Source of the DNA: a virus
IMG/VR virus record: IMGVR_UViG_3300022602_000039
Location: 66,034 to 130,033 of that record
DNA: 64,000 bases
Strand: one strand, 5' to 3'
Within the stretch, counting starts at the first letter, position 1, and each line of letters begins with the position of its first letter. The position numbers and the translations under genes are program-made. Of this stretch, positions 29,067 to 39,564 are shown one piece after another. A model generated the notes under the pieces. It worked only from the letters and a program-made list of their open reading frames with translations. It ran no database searches and had not been told where the DNA came from.

Positions 29067-31424
29067 TTAGAGTGCTTCTAAGAAGTTTATTGCACCGTAT
29101 AGTGTGGAGTTACTCTGACCTGCATTAAGCAATGTAGCACATAATACAATAGTATCTGGTTTAGTCAGATCAACGTTTGTACCTAAGTTTAAGAAGTTTA
29201 AGGCCTGCTGTACATTGGTAGTTGATGCGCCACCGGCAAAGAATCCACTAAAAAGTGTTATACCACCGGTTACTTGATTGGCAGTTGTTGAATAAACAAT
29301 ACCTTGTGATGCTTTACCGACATTTGTCACTGCTGTTGTACCGGTTATTATTGGATTAAGTACTAATCTGTAATAATACGCAGGTTGATTACCAGCAGTA
29401 TTGTTTCCAGTCTCCAGTATTTGAATATCCTGAACTTGGAGATCACCTCTATTATAAGGTTCGCCTGGTCTCAGGCTTACACCAATTAATGGATATTCAT
29501 TACCCGTTGTTTTTAAGAAAGCCTGACCTGATGCATTATATGCTGTACCAAATCCCGGATTTAAAGAAACCTCTGCTTCAACGTCAACAGCTTCTGAAGC
29601 AAGAGTTAAGAAAGGTAAAGAGGTTTGAGTTTGGGTATTAAAAATTTCATATCTTAACGGTGAACAAGGTTCACTAACAAATTGAGTACCAAGGGTTCCA
29701 CCTGTACTATAGGTATGAAGAAGAATGGCACCTTGACTAGGGGAGGCAATAACAAATCGTACCCTACTTGTCCTACCACCAATATAGTCCATCCAATACG
29801 TCCATTCCATGTTCCAGGGAGTTTGAGAAGTAGTAATAGTTCTACCTACCGGTAGACCACCAGACGGGTAATATGTATATGTAGCAGTTAAAGCTGTTGG
29901 TGAAACACCTGCAAGAAATACTATACCGTTATAATTGGCATCACCACCAATATTTACCTTTGTTCCAACTTTATAGAGACTTGTTAAGTCAACACCGTTT
30001 GTATCATAAACAACATTCCAGACCGGAGCATAATTAGCATTTGCCTGAACCTGGGTTATAGAAACGGCTGAAAGATTGGCTGCTGTAACAGCCGGTGAGA
30101 ACATATTAATCTGTGAAGGCCCGGTACCATCTAATTTATCATTACTAAAGTTTGTACTATTTGTTCTATCTTCAATAATAGTTCCATCTGGTAATGATCT
30201 ACGAACGACAACATTAAAGTTAGATCCCGATAATTCAAAATATATACCATCGGATGCATCATATTGACCCACTCTCTTTACAACACCAGTTTGATATCCT
30301 GACCAATTCATTGTAAAGAAAATTTGATGACCGACACCTGGGCGATATTTGAAGTAACGTCTTGTCTGTCTTATGGCTGACCCTGTTGAGCTTAAACCAG
30401 GTGTCATGGTAACGTTACCGATAGCTGGAACAAATTGACTCTGAGCACTAAGCCCGACAAATTGTTCAGCGTATCTTAAATCACCATCCTTATCGACGGC
30501 TGCCTGATACCACCATTGATTGGTATTCGCTGCTGTACGAACTCTACCGAGTGGGTCAACTTGGAGGGTATCTGCGTATTTTGTTAAAACAGGTAAAGCA
30601 CTAGTATTGACAATCTGTGATGATACTGTATTTACGACAGTTGAGGTAACTGTATTTGTTACAGTTACAGTACCGGAGACCGGTAGGGTTTGTGTCGTAT
30701 TAATTGGTACAGGGTTACCAATGTCGTTAGATACTTCAATCTGAGAGTTTATAACAGATACCGGTAAAGTTTGTGTTGTACTAATTGCAATCGTATTTGT
30801 AATAAAGCCGGATATTGGTAAAATACCGCTAGTACTAGCTATATTAAAAGATGAAACAGGGTTTAAGACGGTAGCACTTAACGTAGTAACAGGATTAAGT
30901 ATATTGACATTACCAGATACCGGTATGACTGATGATGAACTAATAGCTACAGTATTGGAAATAGCGATCGGATTCTTAATCGTGGCACTTAATGCAAAAA
31001 CTGTAGCAAGATAGTTATTATTAAACGCAATAACAGCAGTTAATGTATCAAAAGTATTCCATTCCGTCGCGACAACAGCAGGATTAATAACATTAATAAT
31101 CTGATTATCAATATCCTGGGCTATAGCGTTAAGTGCAGACGTACTAATGTTTACTGTACCTGCACTTAATGTTGGTACTGGAAAATCAGCTGCATTTACA
31201 ACGTAATTGAGTGTTGCATATTTCGGGTAAATATCAACTGTTGTTAATGACTGTGATTGTAAGCTCTGTGGAAAAGCTTGAGTTGTATCTGGGTGTTCAA
31301 CTCTAGTTACTGAAACAGCAGGAAATGATGTATTATCGGTAAGCTGAATAAACTTACCGTATTCTGCTGTTTGATAGTTAGAAACTACATTTACATTATA
31401 AGAACTTACCGCTGGTAGAGACAT
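29067..31424 (-). CDS. Virion structural protein (paralog of 3856-5616)
   Basis: RQTRRYFKYRPG...RVGQYDASDGIYFE; V/T/S-rich linker; exact TATAAATA at 31433-31440. Confidence 0.65.
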   Translation of the reverse strand: MSLPAVSSYNVNVVSNYQTAEYGKFIQLTDNTSFPAVSVTRVEHPDTTQAFPQSLQSQSLTTVDIYPKYATLNYVVNAADFPVPTLSAGTVNISTSALNAIAQDIDNQIINVINPAVVATEWNTFDTLTAVIAFNNNYLATVFALSATIKNPIAISNTVAISSSSVIPVSGNVNILNPVTTLSATVLNPVSSFNIASTSGILPISGFITNTIAISTTQTLPVSVINSQIEVSNDIGNPVPINTTQTLPVSGTVTVTNTVTSTVVNTVSSQIVNTSALPVLTKYADTLQVDPLGRVRTAANTNQWWYQAAVDKDGDLRYAEQFVGLSAQSQFVPAIGNVTMTPGLSSTGSAIRQTRRYFKYRPGVGHQIFFTMNWSGYQTGVVKRVGQYDASDGIYFELSGSNFNVVVRRSLPDGTIIEDRTNSTNFSNDKLDGTGPSQINMFSPAVTAANLSAVSITQVQANANYAPVWNVVYDTNGVDLTSLYKVGTKVNIGGDANYNGIVFLAGVSPTALTATYTYYPSGGLPVGRTITTSQTPWNMEWTYWMDYIGGRTSRVRFVIASPSQGAILLHTYSTGGTLGTQFVSEPCSPLRYEIFNTQTQTSLPFLTLASEAVDVEAEVSLNPGFGTAYNASGQAFLKTTGNEYPLIGVSLRPGEPYNRGDLQVQDIQILETGNNTAGNQPAYYYRLVLNPIITGTTAVTNVGKASQGIVYSTTANQVTGGITLFSGFFAGGASTTNVQQALNFLNLGTNVDLTKPDTIVLCATLLNAGQSNSTLYGAINFLEAL

Positions 31425-31460
31425 ATCTTAGTTATTTATAGCAAAAAACGCGATTTTATA

Positions 31461-34400
31461 CTATAATGCAATGTAAGAAATATCGTCCTGCTGTGTAAGA
31501 TATGCTGTGAAGTTAATACCGGATTGCGCTAACAAGAAGCTTGTTAATACTTCAGATGTAAAGGTAAATGTTGAGTCATCTGTATCAATATAACCAAATG
31601 TATTGCCAAGAATACTATATTGACCAAGATTTGGTAATACAATAGTAGAACTTAGCCCATATGTACCGAAGTTTTGGTGTAATGTATCACTTGTAGGCTT
31701 ATAGAATGTTGTTGAGAGAACAGTTAAAACACCGTTAATATACCTAAACTTTGTATTAATCGTGTAGAATGCATTAGCAGCGTCCTTACAGAGGTAAGTC
31801 AAGTCGTATATATTTGTAAGATTATTAAATGTTAATATTGGTTTTTCAACTTCAATAATATTAAGATTTTCACCAATATTTGTACTTGAGAGTGAGTATT
31901 GTGTAACAGCACTCAACGGTAGATTTGCATCGGCTGTATATGGATAGAGTTGTAAGAAGTTTGGTGAATTTAAATTGACAACATATATTTTTGGATATAT
32001 TGTCTTAAGGTTTGTGGCACTTAATGGATCTACACCATTAACTATAGACGTATAGAGTTTTGTCTGACAGACAATTATCTGTTTATTAGTTTCATCAAAC
32101 CATGCATTAGAGAATTTTTCAAGATTTGGTGAATATCCACGATATAGATAGCTGTATGTAACTGAACCGGGAACTGAGTTATTAATATAATTAAATCTTA
32201 TCTTATCAAAGATAAGATGATTTGAAGTCTCAATTTGTATTACATCGTAATATACATCAAAATTAATGCACTCATTATTAATTTCATTACCAATAGTGTT
32301 AATAGTACCTGTTGTAGTATCGTAAGCGCTTATTGTTGTATATTTTGTATATACAGAACTTAAAGCAGCAGAGAATGGAGCAATTAACGAGCTGTCAGGT
32401 GTACGGCAATATAGATTACCGTTAACAAGATTACGGGACTGGTATAAGGAAAGATCTATATTCTCGCCTGTTAATGAAAAATCAATAGTAGAACTTAAAC
32501 CAGGTAATCTAACTGGTATGAAATTATTTTGTTCAGTATAATCGTAGATATACTGTGGTGGTGTTAGCGGGTCATAGTTAGTTATTAATGTATTATTACT
32601 GTCATAGTAATCTACAAGGAACCAATAACCATCATATACTGTAACTCCGGATGTAGAGTAAGCAAAAGTAGCGCTCAAGCTTGTTCCACTCACAGTTGGT
32701 ACACCTGCAGATATATAACTAACTAACGAACCACTATACGCCGGTTGACCAGTATTAGTAAGACCGCCTTCCAATAAAGTCCCATAATATAGACCGTATA
32801 GATTTGGATTATAACTAGTAAAGTCGCTTTCTGAGTCAATCCATGTTGTATTATTTGCGCTAACAAATGTTTCACCGTCAGCTACGGTAATAATAAACGC
32901 AGAACTTACATAATCAGGAGTAAATGCTTCAAAATTAAAGCCGTATGATTGAATTCTAATTGTAGCTGGTGATCCACTTAGCGGATTAAGATAACCGCAA
33001 TTAATAGGGTTTGTTGTAAGAGTACTATTAAAGGTGCTATTATCTAATACAAGATCAGTAATAGATGGTGTTGGTATCTCTGGACTTGAAAGCGGAGCTT
33101 TAATTGTATTTGTAGGCTTATAAAGACCGTATTGATTACCGTATATATCAGTCTTAAAATCAAATAGAGTTGAATCTACAGTAAGTAGCTCTTGTGTACG
33201 TTGTGCTAGAGGATATTCACTTATAGGTGTTAATGGATATACATCAATATTATTCCATATACTGTCTAACCCGCCTGTAAAGAAATCTTGATAATCAGTA
33301 TATCTTGAGATACCAGCATTTGAGTAATCTAATGTCTGTTCACGTGATTGATAACTTCTAAATAACTGATAATAAGGTTTTGTATCTACATCACCAAAGC
33401 GATACTGGTTTGAAAAATCAACCTTGTTAAAATAATTCTTTTCAAAAAACGTAAGTGGTGTTACAAAATTTTGTTTTGTATTACTTGTAACATTACCATA
33501 TTTTGTAGGATCAGGAAAGTAATATACAGTGTTTGGCGTTAAGTTAGCCAAATTAATAGAAGCGGCAAAATTAAAATTGGTAAAGTGTAGTAAACCAATT
33601 TTATCGGGCTTAAAGAACAATCCCATCTCTTTACCTGTTTCTAAGAATTCTTGACTCGGTATAGCGGCAATAGTTGGGAAGCGCTTATTAAGAACATTTG
33701 CAAACTCACTATCAGCTGCAAACAACTGACCGGATGTATATGTAGTAAGTGTTGAATCAGTTATTACATAATAAAAATCAGCACCAATATACTTTTGTTG
33801 TTCAATAATTTGTGTATTAAGATTTAAATCTTTTACGTTGTTAGTATTGACTGCATTAATGAACTCACTGTCCTTTAAGAGATTGAGCTGTGAGGGTTGT
33901 ACAGCAGGATTAATTGCTAATTGATTGCCAAGTTGTGAAGTAAATATTGGGTACTGACGGATTGCATTAACAATACTTTGATTAAAGTCTAACGTTAAGA
34001 ACGGGTCAACAGGTACTTGATTTGCTTTAAAATATTTGCTACGCAAATCACCATACGCATCATATGCAGATGCAGGCAGTGTGGGGTTAACATCAAAATA
34101 ATCAGGTGTTAGATCGTAAATGTCTTCAATATCTAACACCATATTGTTTCTAATAGAAGAAACAGATAGATTGAGTGTTGTAATGGTTGTAGTTAAATCC
34201 TGTGATTGAAGGGCATTTGATATTGTATTATACAATAGCGTTTTAATACCGATATTTGAGCCTTTTAAATTATATTGTGTTGTAGCTGTCTGTGCTGTTT
34301 CACGTAATGTTGTATAGTATAAACAAACATCTTTAATCTTCTTTGAAAAGAATGGTACAGCGATTGCGAGATCTCTTGAATTTGTAAAATCTAGATTGCT

Positions 34401-34700
34401 TAGATAACGCTGTTCATCAACAGTAGCGTAGTTAATTATAATTTCGTTAATTAAATTAACATACAAATATTGTACGGCATTTGAGAGCTCTTCCTGTGAG
34501 GAGCCCTTTACTGTATACCAATTAGTAAGGTATTGCTGGTAGAGCGAAAGCGATCCCTCTGGTGTTGTATATGTGGCTTTGTTGTATGGTAGCCACTGAA
34601 GAAAACTTAACGGCTGTGTACGATCTACAGCATTAGTAGCATTAACACCCAATACTGTAATTGAGTTAAAGGTTATAAGCTGTGCCGTAGATGCTGCCAT
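31461..34700 (-). CDS. Large virion (baseplate-associated) protein
   Basis: 1079 aa, downstream of the gp15-like gene; TAAATA upstream. Confidence 0.55.
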   Translation of the reverse strand: MAASTAQLITFNSITVLGVNATNAVDRTQPLSFLQWLPYNKATYTTPEGSLSLYQQYLTNWYTVKGSSQEELSNAVQYLYVNLINEIIINYATVDEQRYLSNLDFTNSRDLAIAVPFFSKKIKDVCLYYTTLRETAQTATTQYNLKGSNIGIKTLLYNTISNALQSQDLTTTITTLNLSVSSIRNNMVLDIEDIYDLTPDYFDVNPTLPASAYDAYGDLRSKYFKANQVPVDPFLTLDFNQSIVNAIRQYPIFTSQLGNQLAINPAVQPSQLNLLKDSEFINAVNTNNVKDLNLNTQIIEQQKYIGADFYYVITDSTLTTYTSGQLFAADSEFANVLNKRFPTIAAIPSQEFLETGKEMGLFFKPDKIGLLHFTNFNFAASINLANLTPNTVYYFPDPTKYGNVTSNTKQNFVTPLTFFEKNYFNKVDFSNQYRFGDVDTKPYYQLFRSYQSREQTLDYSNAGISRYTDYQDFFTGGLDSIWNNIDVYPLTPISEYPLAQRTQELLTVDSTLFDFKTDIYGNQYGLYKPTNTIKAPLSSPEIPTPSITDLVLDNSTFNSTLTTNPINCGYLNPLSGSPATIRIQSYGFNFEAFTPDYVSSAFIITVADGETFVSANNTTWIDSESDFTSYNPNLYGLYYGTLLEGGLTNTGQPAYSGSLVSYISAGVPTVSGTSLSATFAYSTSGVTVYDGYWFLVDYYDSNNTLITNYDPLTPPQYIYDYTEQNNFIPVRLPGLSSTIDFSLTGENIDLSLYQSRNLVNGNLYCRTPDSSLIAPFSAALSSVYTKYTTISAYDTTTGTINTIGNEINNECINFDVYYDVIQIETSNHLIFDKIRFNYINNSVPGSVTYSYLYRGYSPNLEKFSNAWFDETNKQIIVCQTKLYTSIVNGVDPLSATNLKTIYPKIYVVNLNSPNFLQLYPYTADANLPLSAVTQYSLSSTNIGENLNIIEVEKPILTFNNLTNIYDLTYLCKDAANAFYTINTKFRYINGVLTVLSTTFYKPTSDTLHQNFGTYGLSSTIVLPNLGQYSILGNTFGYIDTDDSTFTFTSEVLTSFLLAQSGINFTAYLTQQDDISYIAL

Positions 34701-34713
34701 ATTTTATATTTAA

Positions 34714-35556
34714 TTAGAATAACTGAATATAGGCAGGCACGTTAGCTCCCTGTTGTGTATAGAACGCATTAGATATCTGTGGGTTAGCAGAGATGGATAC
34801 AGTTTCATTTTGATTTATTAATCCAGATGATAATGCAGGTACGTAATTGTTTTGTGCTGTAAGTTCAGCAACGGAAGTAACAAGAGCAACATTATGGAAG
34901 TTATTATTAATATAGAAGATATTTCCAACATCATCTTGTGCTGCAGGGAATAACCAGCCTTTGATAGTAAAAGTTGTATCTCCTGTTACCTTATATTTTT
35001 CAGATGCATTAATATCGGTAGGATACGTAAGGTTAATCGTGCCATCCCAAAGGACCTCGCTTCGAATTTCCTGAGGTATAGCAAATCCACCATTAACTAG
35101 ATCTTCAGGGACCTTCCAGGATAAAATAATATATGGATTATTGTAGGGTACAAAGTTCGATATAATTTGATCCATATCGCTCTGAAACTTTGTTAATATT
35201 GACATAGCAACTGTAATATTAACAGGAACAGGTGAATTATAATGTGTTGTTGTTGAAAGTCCTGTAGAATCGCTTATACCTTTTGAATAGTAATAGCCGT
35301 CGAGCTTATTAAAGACACGATTTAAATCACGTGTTACTGATGTAATGTGTACAGATACAACTGGAACAGTGATATTCTGAGCTAAATTTACAATATCATA
35401 TATAACTCTCTGTTTTGGAGAATATACATAACGAACCTGTACCTTATTTACAGCGTTACGGTTTTTATCGTATCTTTTAATAATGATATCATCAAAAGCA
35501 GCTACGAATTGAGTTATTAAATCCTTAATCTCAAAGTGATAAGCTTGATTTTTAAT
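34714..35556 (-). CDS. T4 gp15-like tail terminator/sheath stabiliser, probable ATT start (280 aa)
   Basis: Frame is open 117 codons upstream of the track's ATG (35205): (I)KNQAYHFEIKDLITQFVAAFDDIIIKR...YSPKQR...PVPVNI...MDQII...FTIKGWLF; SD AAGGAGG 8 nt before ATT. Confidence 0.8.
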   Translation of the reverse strand: MKNQAYHFEIKDLITQFVAAFDDIIIKRYDKNRNAVNKVQVRYVYSPKQRVIYDIVNLAQNITVPVVSVHITSVTRDLNRVFNKLDGYYYSKGISDSTGLSTTTHYNSPVPVNITVAMSILTKFQSDMDQIISNFVPYNNPYIILSWKVPEDLVNGGFAIPQEIRSEVLWDGTINLTYPTDINASEKYKVTGDTTFTIKGWLFPAAQDDVGNIFYINNNFHNVALVTSVAELTAQNNYVPALSSGLINQNETVSISANPQISNAFYTQQGANVPAYIQLF

Positions 35557-36364
35557 AGGATGGTCCTCCTTTATGAATAAAATTAAATCCTAAATCTGCA
35601 GGTATAGTTAATGATGTTGCGCCCAGTTGTTGTAATACTGGATTTAGTTTTATCATATGATTATTTAATGTTACGTGTGAGTTCTTGCATAACCTACTTA
35701 AGGTGGGTTTTGATATGTTGTTATTAGCAGCGGCTTCACTTAGTGTTTCATACATACCACATGGTGTACACCAAAACCCTTTCCACGAATTGTTACATAT
35801 TCCTTTCGATGCTTTTTTACGTATAACGCTCATTTTTTTGCAGAATTCTGTAGATCGAGATACACCCGTTCTTGCTATCCGCATTTTGCTTCTGCTAATG
35901 GGTGTAGCTTGGTGTTTTCTTATTAATATATTGTGTATAACAAGAGTGTGTCTTACCCTCTCCATACAAATATTGTATTTGATTGCAATATCCTTAATAC
36001 TATTAAATTTTAAATAATCGCTAATTATTTTATTTTGTATTTCTGGAGCAATATATTTTTTACCTCTTTTAACACCTGTATTACCACCTGAACCGCCTTC
36101 AGCAATATTATAATTACCGTATTGCTTAATATACTCTCGCTCTTTTTGATCGACTATTTTATTATTTACCTTTTCTAATATCCTATATGTAAAGCTATGC
36201 CAACCGTATTTTAGAATAGCGTCATAAAGAAGGGATTTTGTTTTTCTTGTAGATCTTTTACAATCATAGAGATGTCGTTCTATTCTTTTTGCTAAGCTTG
36301 TTTTAGTTTTACCAATATAATGTTTATTTGTAACAGTACATGTTATTTGATAAATATACGCCAT
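35552..36364 (-). CDS. GIY-YIG homing endonuclease (free-standing, Seg-like)
   Basis: YIYQITC...HYIGKT...R...H...YNIAEGG; NUMOD-like C-terminal region. Confidence 0.85.
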   Translation of the reverse strand: MAYIYQITCTVTNKHYIGKTKTSLAKRIERHLYDCKRSTRKTKSLLYDAILKYGWHSFTYRILEKVNNKIVDQKEREYIKQYGNYNIAEGGSGGNTGVKRGKKYIAPEIQNKIISDYLKFNSIKDIAIKYNICMERVRHTLVIHNILIRKHQATPISRSKMRIARTGVSRSTEFCKKMSVIRKKASKGICNNSWKGFWCTPCGMYETLSEAAANNNISKPTLSRLCKNSHVTLNNHMIKLNPVLQQLGATSLTIPADLGFNFIHKGGPSY

Positions 36365-36403
36365 ACATATATTTATCTTTTATTTCAAGATAATATAACA
36401 GAA

Positions 36404-38038
36404 TTAATGAATGCGCTCTATAAAGTGTTTTGGTAGCTTGTTCTTTGATCTGGTTACTACATTAAAGAAGTTTCCATCAAGGATATATGTGCTGGAATGA
36501 TCGTCCTTACTCCTGGTAGATCTACCTGCAGCTTGAACAACAGCGTTTAACATTTTATTCTCATACCACTCTTTATCTATATCGAATAGATGCTTAATAC
36601 GCTTAGATCCAAGAGGCAAAAACGGTAGTTTTACTATTATCTGAAAGCGCGCTAAATCATCTTTAAGATCTATACCATATACCATAGAAGGTGATACAAG
36701 AACGGTAGGATCCTTAGTTTCCATATGTTGCTTAAGAATATCTTCATTGGTAGTGTTTGTATCTCTAAAGAGAAGTCTACTGCTATTTACTCTATTACGT
36801 ACAAATTCGGTAATTTCAAAAGAATGTGTATGAATAATTCCTTTGTCGTTCTTATGATGTTCGAGTATTTGTTTTATTTGTTCACAAATTCCAGGTAACA
36901 CATTCTTTAAATTTTTATAATTCGGTTTATGTGTAGTCGATACATAAATTGGTGATTTTTTAGCATCAAAACTACTGCCAATCTCAATATATTCATAATC
37001 CTTAATACCTAAAGATTTTGCAAAGTTTTTATGATCAATAATAGTCGCCGAAAGTAATACTATCTTATCTGCAAACTTAAAAATACTATCTGTTAAGAAG
37101 TCAGCTCTTAGTGGTGTAATTAATACATGTTTTGAATCAATCTCTACAACATATTCACCTTTATCCCATAACGATACTAATGATGTTAATGAGCGATGAA
37201 GATTTTTCAAATAACCATATTTGATTTGCTCACTGTTTGATAGCGCTACGGGTTTGCTTTTATTCGTAGCCTTAGCAGATAGAATCTCTATCTCTTCATT
37301 TAGCGTAATAATTAAATCCGTTACCCAATTAAGGGCACGTTGCTGGTTATCAGTAACTAGCGTTGTGTGTTTAATATTGTAATTATCGAGTTTCTCATAA
37401 ACAACTTCAGCTGAAAATTGTCTAATAAGCTCATCTTCGAGTTCTGAAGCCTCATCACATACTATAAAGTTTTTACGCTTTACATGATCAGGTAAGGATA
37501 GGAACATTTTATAGTTTAAGGCAGCAAATGGTGCAAGTAAAGCTTGGTTTCTTGCATTATAGTAATGGCAGCGATTAACTGACCAGCATTGATCTTTAAG
37601 CTTAGGAGCAAAGGTACAGGGTGCTAATTCTGTATCAAAATTATCATCAATATCACATCTATAATTGGTTTTACCCTTAAGAATAGATGTATCATTAAAG
37701 AGATTATAATATTGATCTTGTAATGTCTTCGTTATTGTAAGAGCAAACGTACCAAATGCTGGTTCTTGTGTACATTCATACCCATACGAATAACCACCAT
37801 CAAATTCTTTCTTGTATGCGTCATAACTCTCAATGAGTCTTACAAATTCATCTGAAGGCTTATTACTTAAATTAGCAAGAGTTTTTGCTATAAATGATTT
37901 TCCGGATCCTGTAGGAGCACAGCATACGACAATCTTCTTATTCGACTTAAAAGCCTTTTCAATATCGTTTAAAAGCTTAACTTGACCTGAAGATGGTGTA
38001 AATCCTATAGGAAAATTATCAGTATATGTATTCAGCAC
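36404..38038 (-). CDS. DinG/XPD-like SF2 helicase
   Basis: APTGSGKS, KGKTNYRC with Cys cluster, DEAS, LSAT, GIDL, QAAGRSTR; TTGTAA-16-TATAAT-6 nt-GTG upstream. Confidence 0.88.
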   Translation of the reverse strand: MLNTYTDNFPIGFTPSSGQVKLLNDIEKAFKSNKKIVVCCAPTGSGKSFIAKTLANLSNKPSDEFVRLIESYDAYKKEFDGGYSYGYECTQEPAFGTFALTITKTLQDQYYNLFNDTSILKGKTNYRCDIDDNFDTELAPCTFAPKLKDQCWSVNRCHYYNARNQALLAPFAALNYKMFLSLPDHVKRKNFIVCDEASELEDELIRQFSAEVVYEKLDNYNIKHTTLVTDNQQRALNWVTDLIITLNEEIEILSAKATNKSKPVALSNSEQIKYGYLKNLHRSLTSLVSLWDKGEYVVEIDSKHVLITPLRADFLTDSIFKFADKIVLLSATIIDHKNFAKSLGIKDYEYIEIGSSFDAKKSPIYVSTTHKPNYKNLKNVLPGICEQIKQILEHHKNDKGIIHTHSFEITEFVRNRVNSSRLLFRDTNTTNEDILKQHMETKDPTVLVSPSMVYGIDLKDDLARFQIIVKLPFLPLGSKRIKHLFDIDKEWYENKMLNAVVQAAGRSTRSKDDHSSTYILDGNFFNVVTRSKNKLPKHFIERIH

Positions 38039-38055
38039 ACCTTGATTATAGCTGC

Positions 38056-38403
38056 TTAATTAGCTATTACAACCATCTTTTTATTAAACAACTTTGAAGG
38101 TCGATTCAGTGTTATCTTTTTAGAAGCTTGAGCGATATTTTCATTACCGAGACAAAAGCTTTCAAGCGTATAATCAAACTCTAAGCTACTGACTGTAATA
38201 TTTGTTGTAAAGGGATACGGTATTTCGTAGATATAGCGTTTATTACCACGGTCTGGTGTAGTAAGAGTGAAGACGCAAAAGAAGTCTTTAACAGAGAACA
38301 GGATAAGTTTACCGGTTTTAACTGTCTTATTATCAATATTAAAAGAAATATCTCTAAGAAGAAATGGTTTAATAAGTTGTTCTATGTTTTCTACAGATGT
38401 CAT
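38056..38403 (-). CDS. Hypothetical protein
   Basis: 115-aa ORF coupled to the upstream gene. Confidence 0.65.
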   Translation of the reverse strand: MTSVENIEQLIKPFLLRDISFNIDNKTVKTGKLILFSVKDFFCVFTLTTPDRGNKRYIYEIPYPFTTNITVSSLEFDYTLESFCLGNENIAQASKKITLNRPSKLFNKKMVVIAN

Positions 38404-38783
38404 GAGTTCATGAAGTTAATTTTTTGTGCTGCGTTCATTCCAACAAGCTTTTCATTAAAAAATTTCCAAAATTCTTTATTAGCAGGTATTACCTGAATTA
38501 AGTCACATGCTGCCATATTAATACAACGATAATCTTGCATAAAAATATCCCATGTAATTACAAGATTCTTAGCAGTCGGATCAAATTTAGGCATTCTAAT
38601 AGCGCGTTTATAGTTGAGCGCAAGTATTCCCTCAGTGCTACCTAGTAAAGATAGTGAGTTCGTGCACAACATACGCCTGGTAGCCGGTGCACCGGGCTTC
38701 GGTCGTTTGCGTAAAAACTTAATTTCTGCTACGTTGTTTAGCAGAAGACTTTTTATTGTGGACAGCGACGCTTTCATTTTCAT
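38400..38783 (-). CDS. Hypothetical protein (DUF2693/SH3-like phage family)
   Basis: IKF.RK.....RRMLCT...WD....YR pattern. Confidence 0.5.
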   Translation of the reverse strand: MKMKASLSTIKSLLLNNVAEIKFLRKRPKPGAPATRRMLCTNSLSLLGSTEGILALNYKRAIRMPKFDPTAKNLVITWDIFMQDYRCINMAACDLIQVIPANKEFWKFFNEKLVGMNAAQKINFMNS

Positions 38784-39186
38784 CAGTTCTCATGGAACAA
38801 ATACCGAAAATACGTTGCTCGTTAAGAAATATACCTCTCTTGAGAGTTCCGTATCCATCTACATCAAGATTAGCAACCGGTACACCCAAGTTATTAGGGA
38901 AACATACATAGTCATTAACCTTTGCGTGCTTGACATTAGGTCCTGCGAGGATTACTTGACCAATTCTCCATGCCTTCGTATCTGTATTAACAGGAACATG
39001 GAGTCCATTACGGATGATACTTGTACCATCTGTTGATTCATCCACAAACGTACAGAGAAGAATGTCATCAAGTACTTGTTTTAAATTATATCCATAGAAA
39101 ACAGAATTAAAAGAATTCTTTGGAAGTGAAGAAAAGTCAATTAAGCTTTTCGGAACGGGACCTAGCATGTCAATATCGGCTACCAT
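38719..39186 (-). CDS. GroES/cpn10-like co-chaperonin (functional analog of T4 gp31)
   Basis: DDILL...GLHVP...GQVILAGPNVKHAKVNDYV...LNEQRIFG. Confidence 0.7.
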   Translation of the reverse strand: MVADIDMLGPVPKSLIDFSSLPKNSFNSVFYGYNLKQVLDDILLCTFVDESTDGTSIIRNGLHVPVNTDTKAWRIGQVILAGPNVKHAKVNDYVCFPNNLGVPVANLDVDGYGTLKRGIFLNEQRIFGICSMRTDENESVAVHNKKSSAKQRSRN

Positions 39187-39192
39187 ATACGT

Positions 39193-39564
39193 TTAATTAA
39201 GTTCTTTATTTAAAAAGGCAATATATTCTGTAATTTCTCGTTCAGAGAGTTCAAGATTACGTGCTAATGGCTTTATACTCTCATCTTGTTCCTTCTTATT
39301 TTCCTTTACTTTCTTTATATACGATATCTTCTTAAAAGGTACCTTTGGAAAAATTGCCATAAACAAACTATAAAGATCTTTCTTATTATCAAATACACCG
39401 AGATACTTGTTGAGTATATTAGAGTGCTTTGCTACAAGCGGAGAGTGCATACTCAACCAACGGTTAACAATGTATGGTTGAAACTCGGATTCCTGATCTA
39501 CTGTAGTGAGTTTATCATTCTTCTTAAAGAAGAGGATATCACCTATAAAATCAAAAACTGTCAT
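39193..39564 (-). CDS. Clamp-loader small subunit (T4 gp62-like)
   Basis: FQPYIVNRWLS...PK....YIKK...ELSEREI. Confidence 0.65.
   Translation of the reverse strand: MTVFDFIGDILFFKKNDKLTTVDQESEFQPYIVNRWLSMHSPLVAKHSNILNKYLGVFDNKKDLYSLFMAIFPKVPFKKISYIKKVKENKKEQDESIKPLARNLELSEREITEYIAFLNKELN

Noticed and set aside
35206-36403. Group I intron splitting the gp15-like gene around the GIY-YIG ORF
   Set aside because: Only about 40 nt separate the endonuclease from the helicase and it overlaps gp15 directly, leaving no room for a ribozyme core or upstream exon
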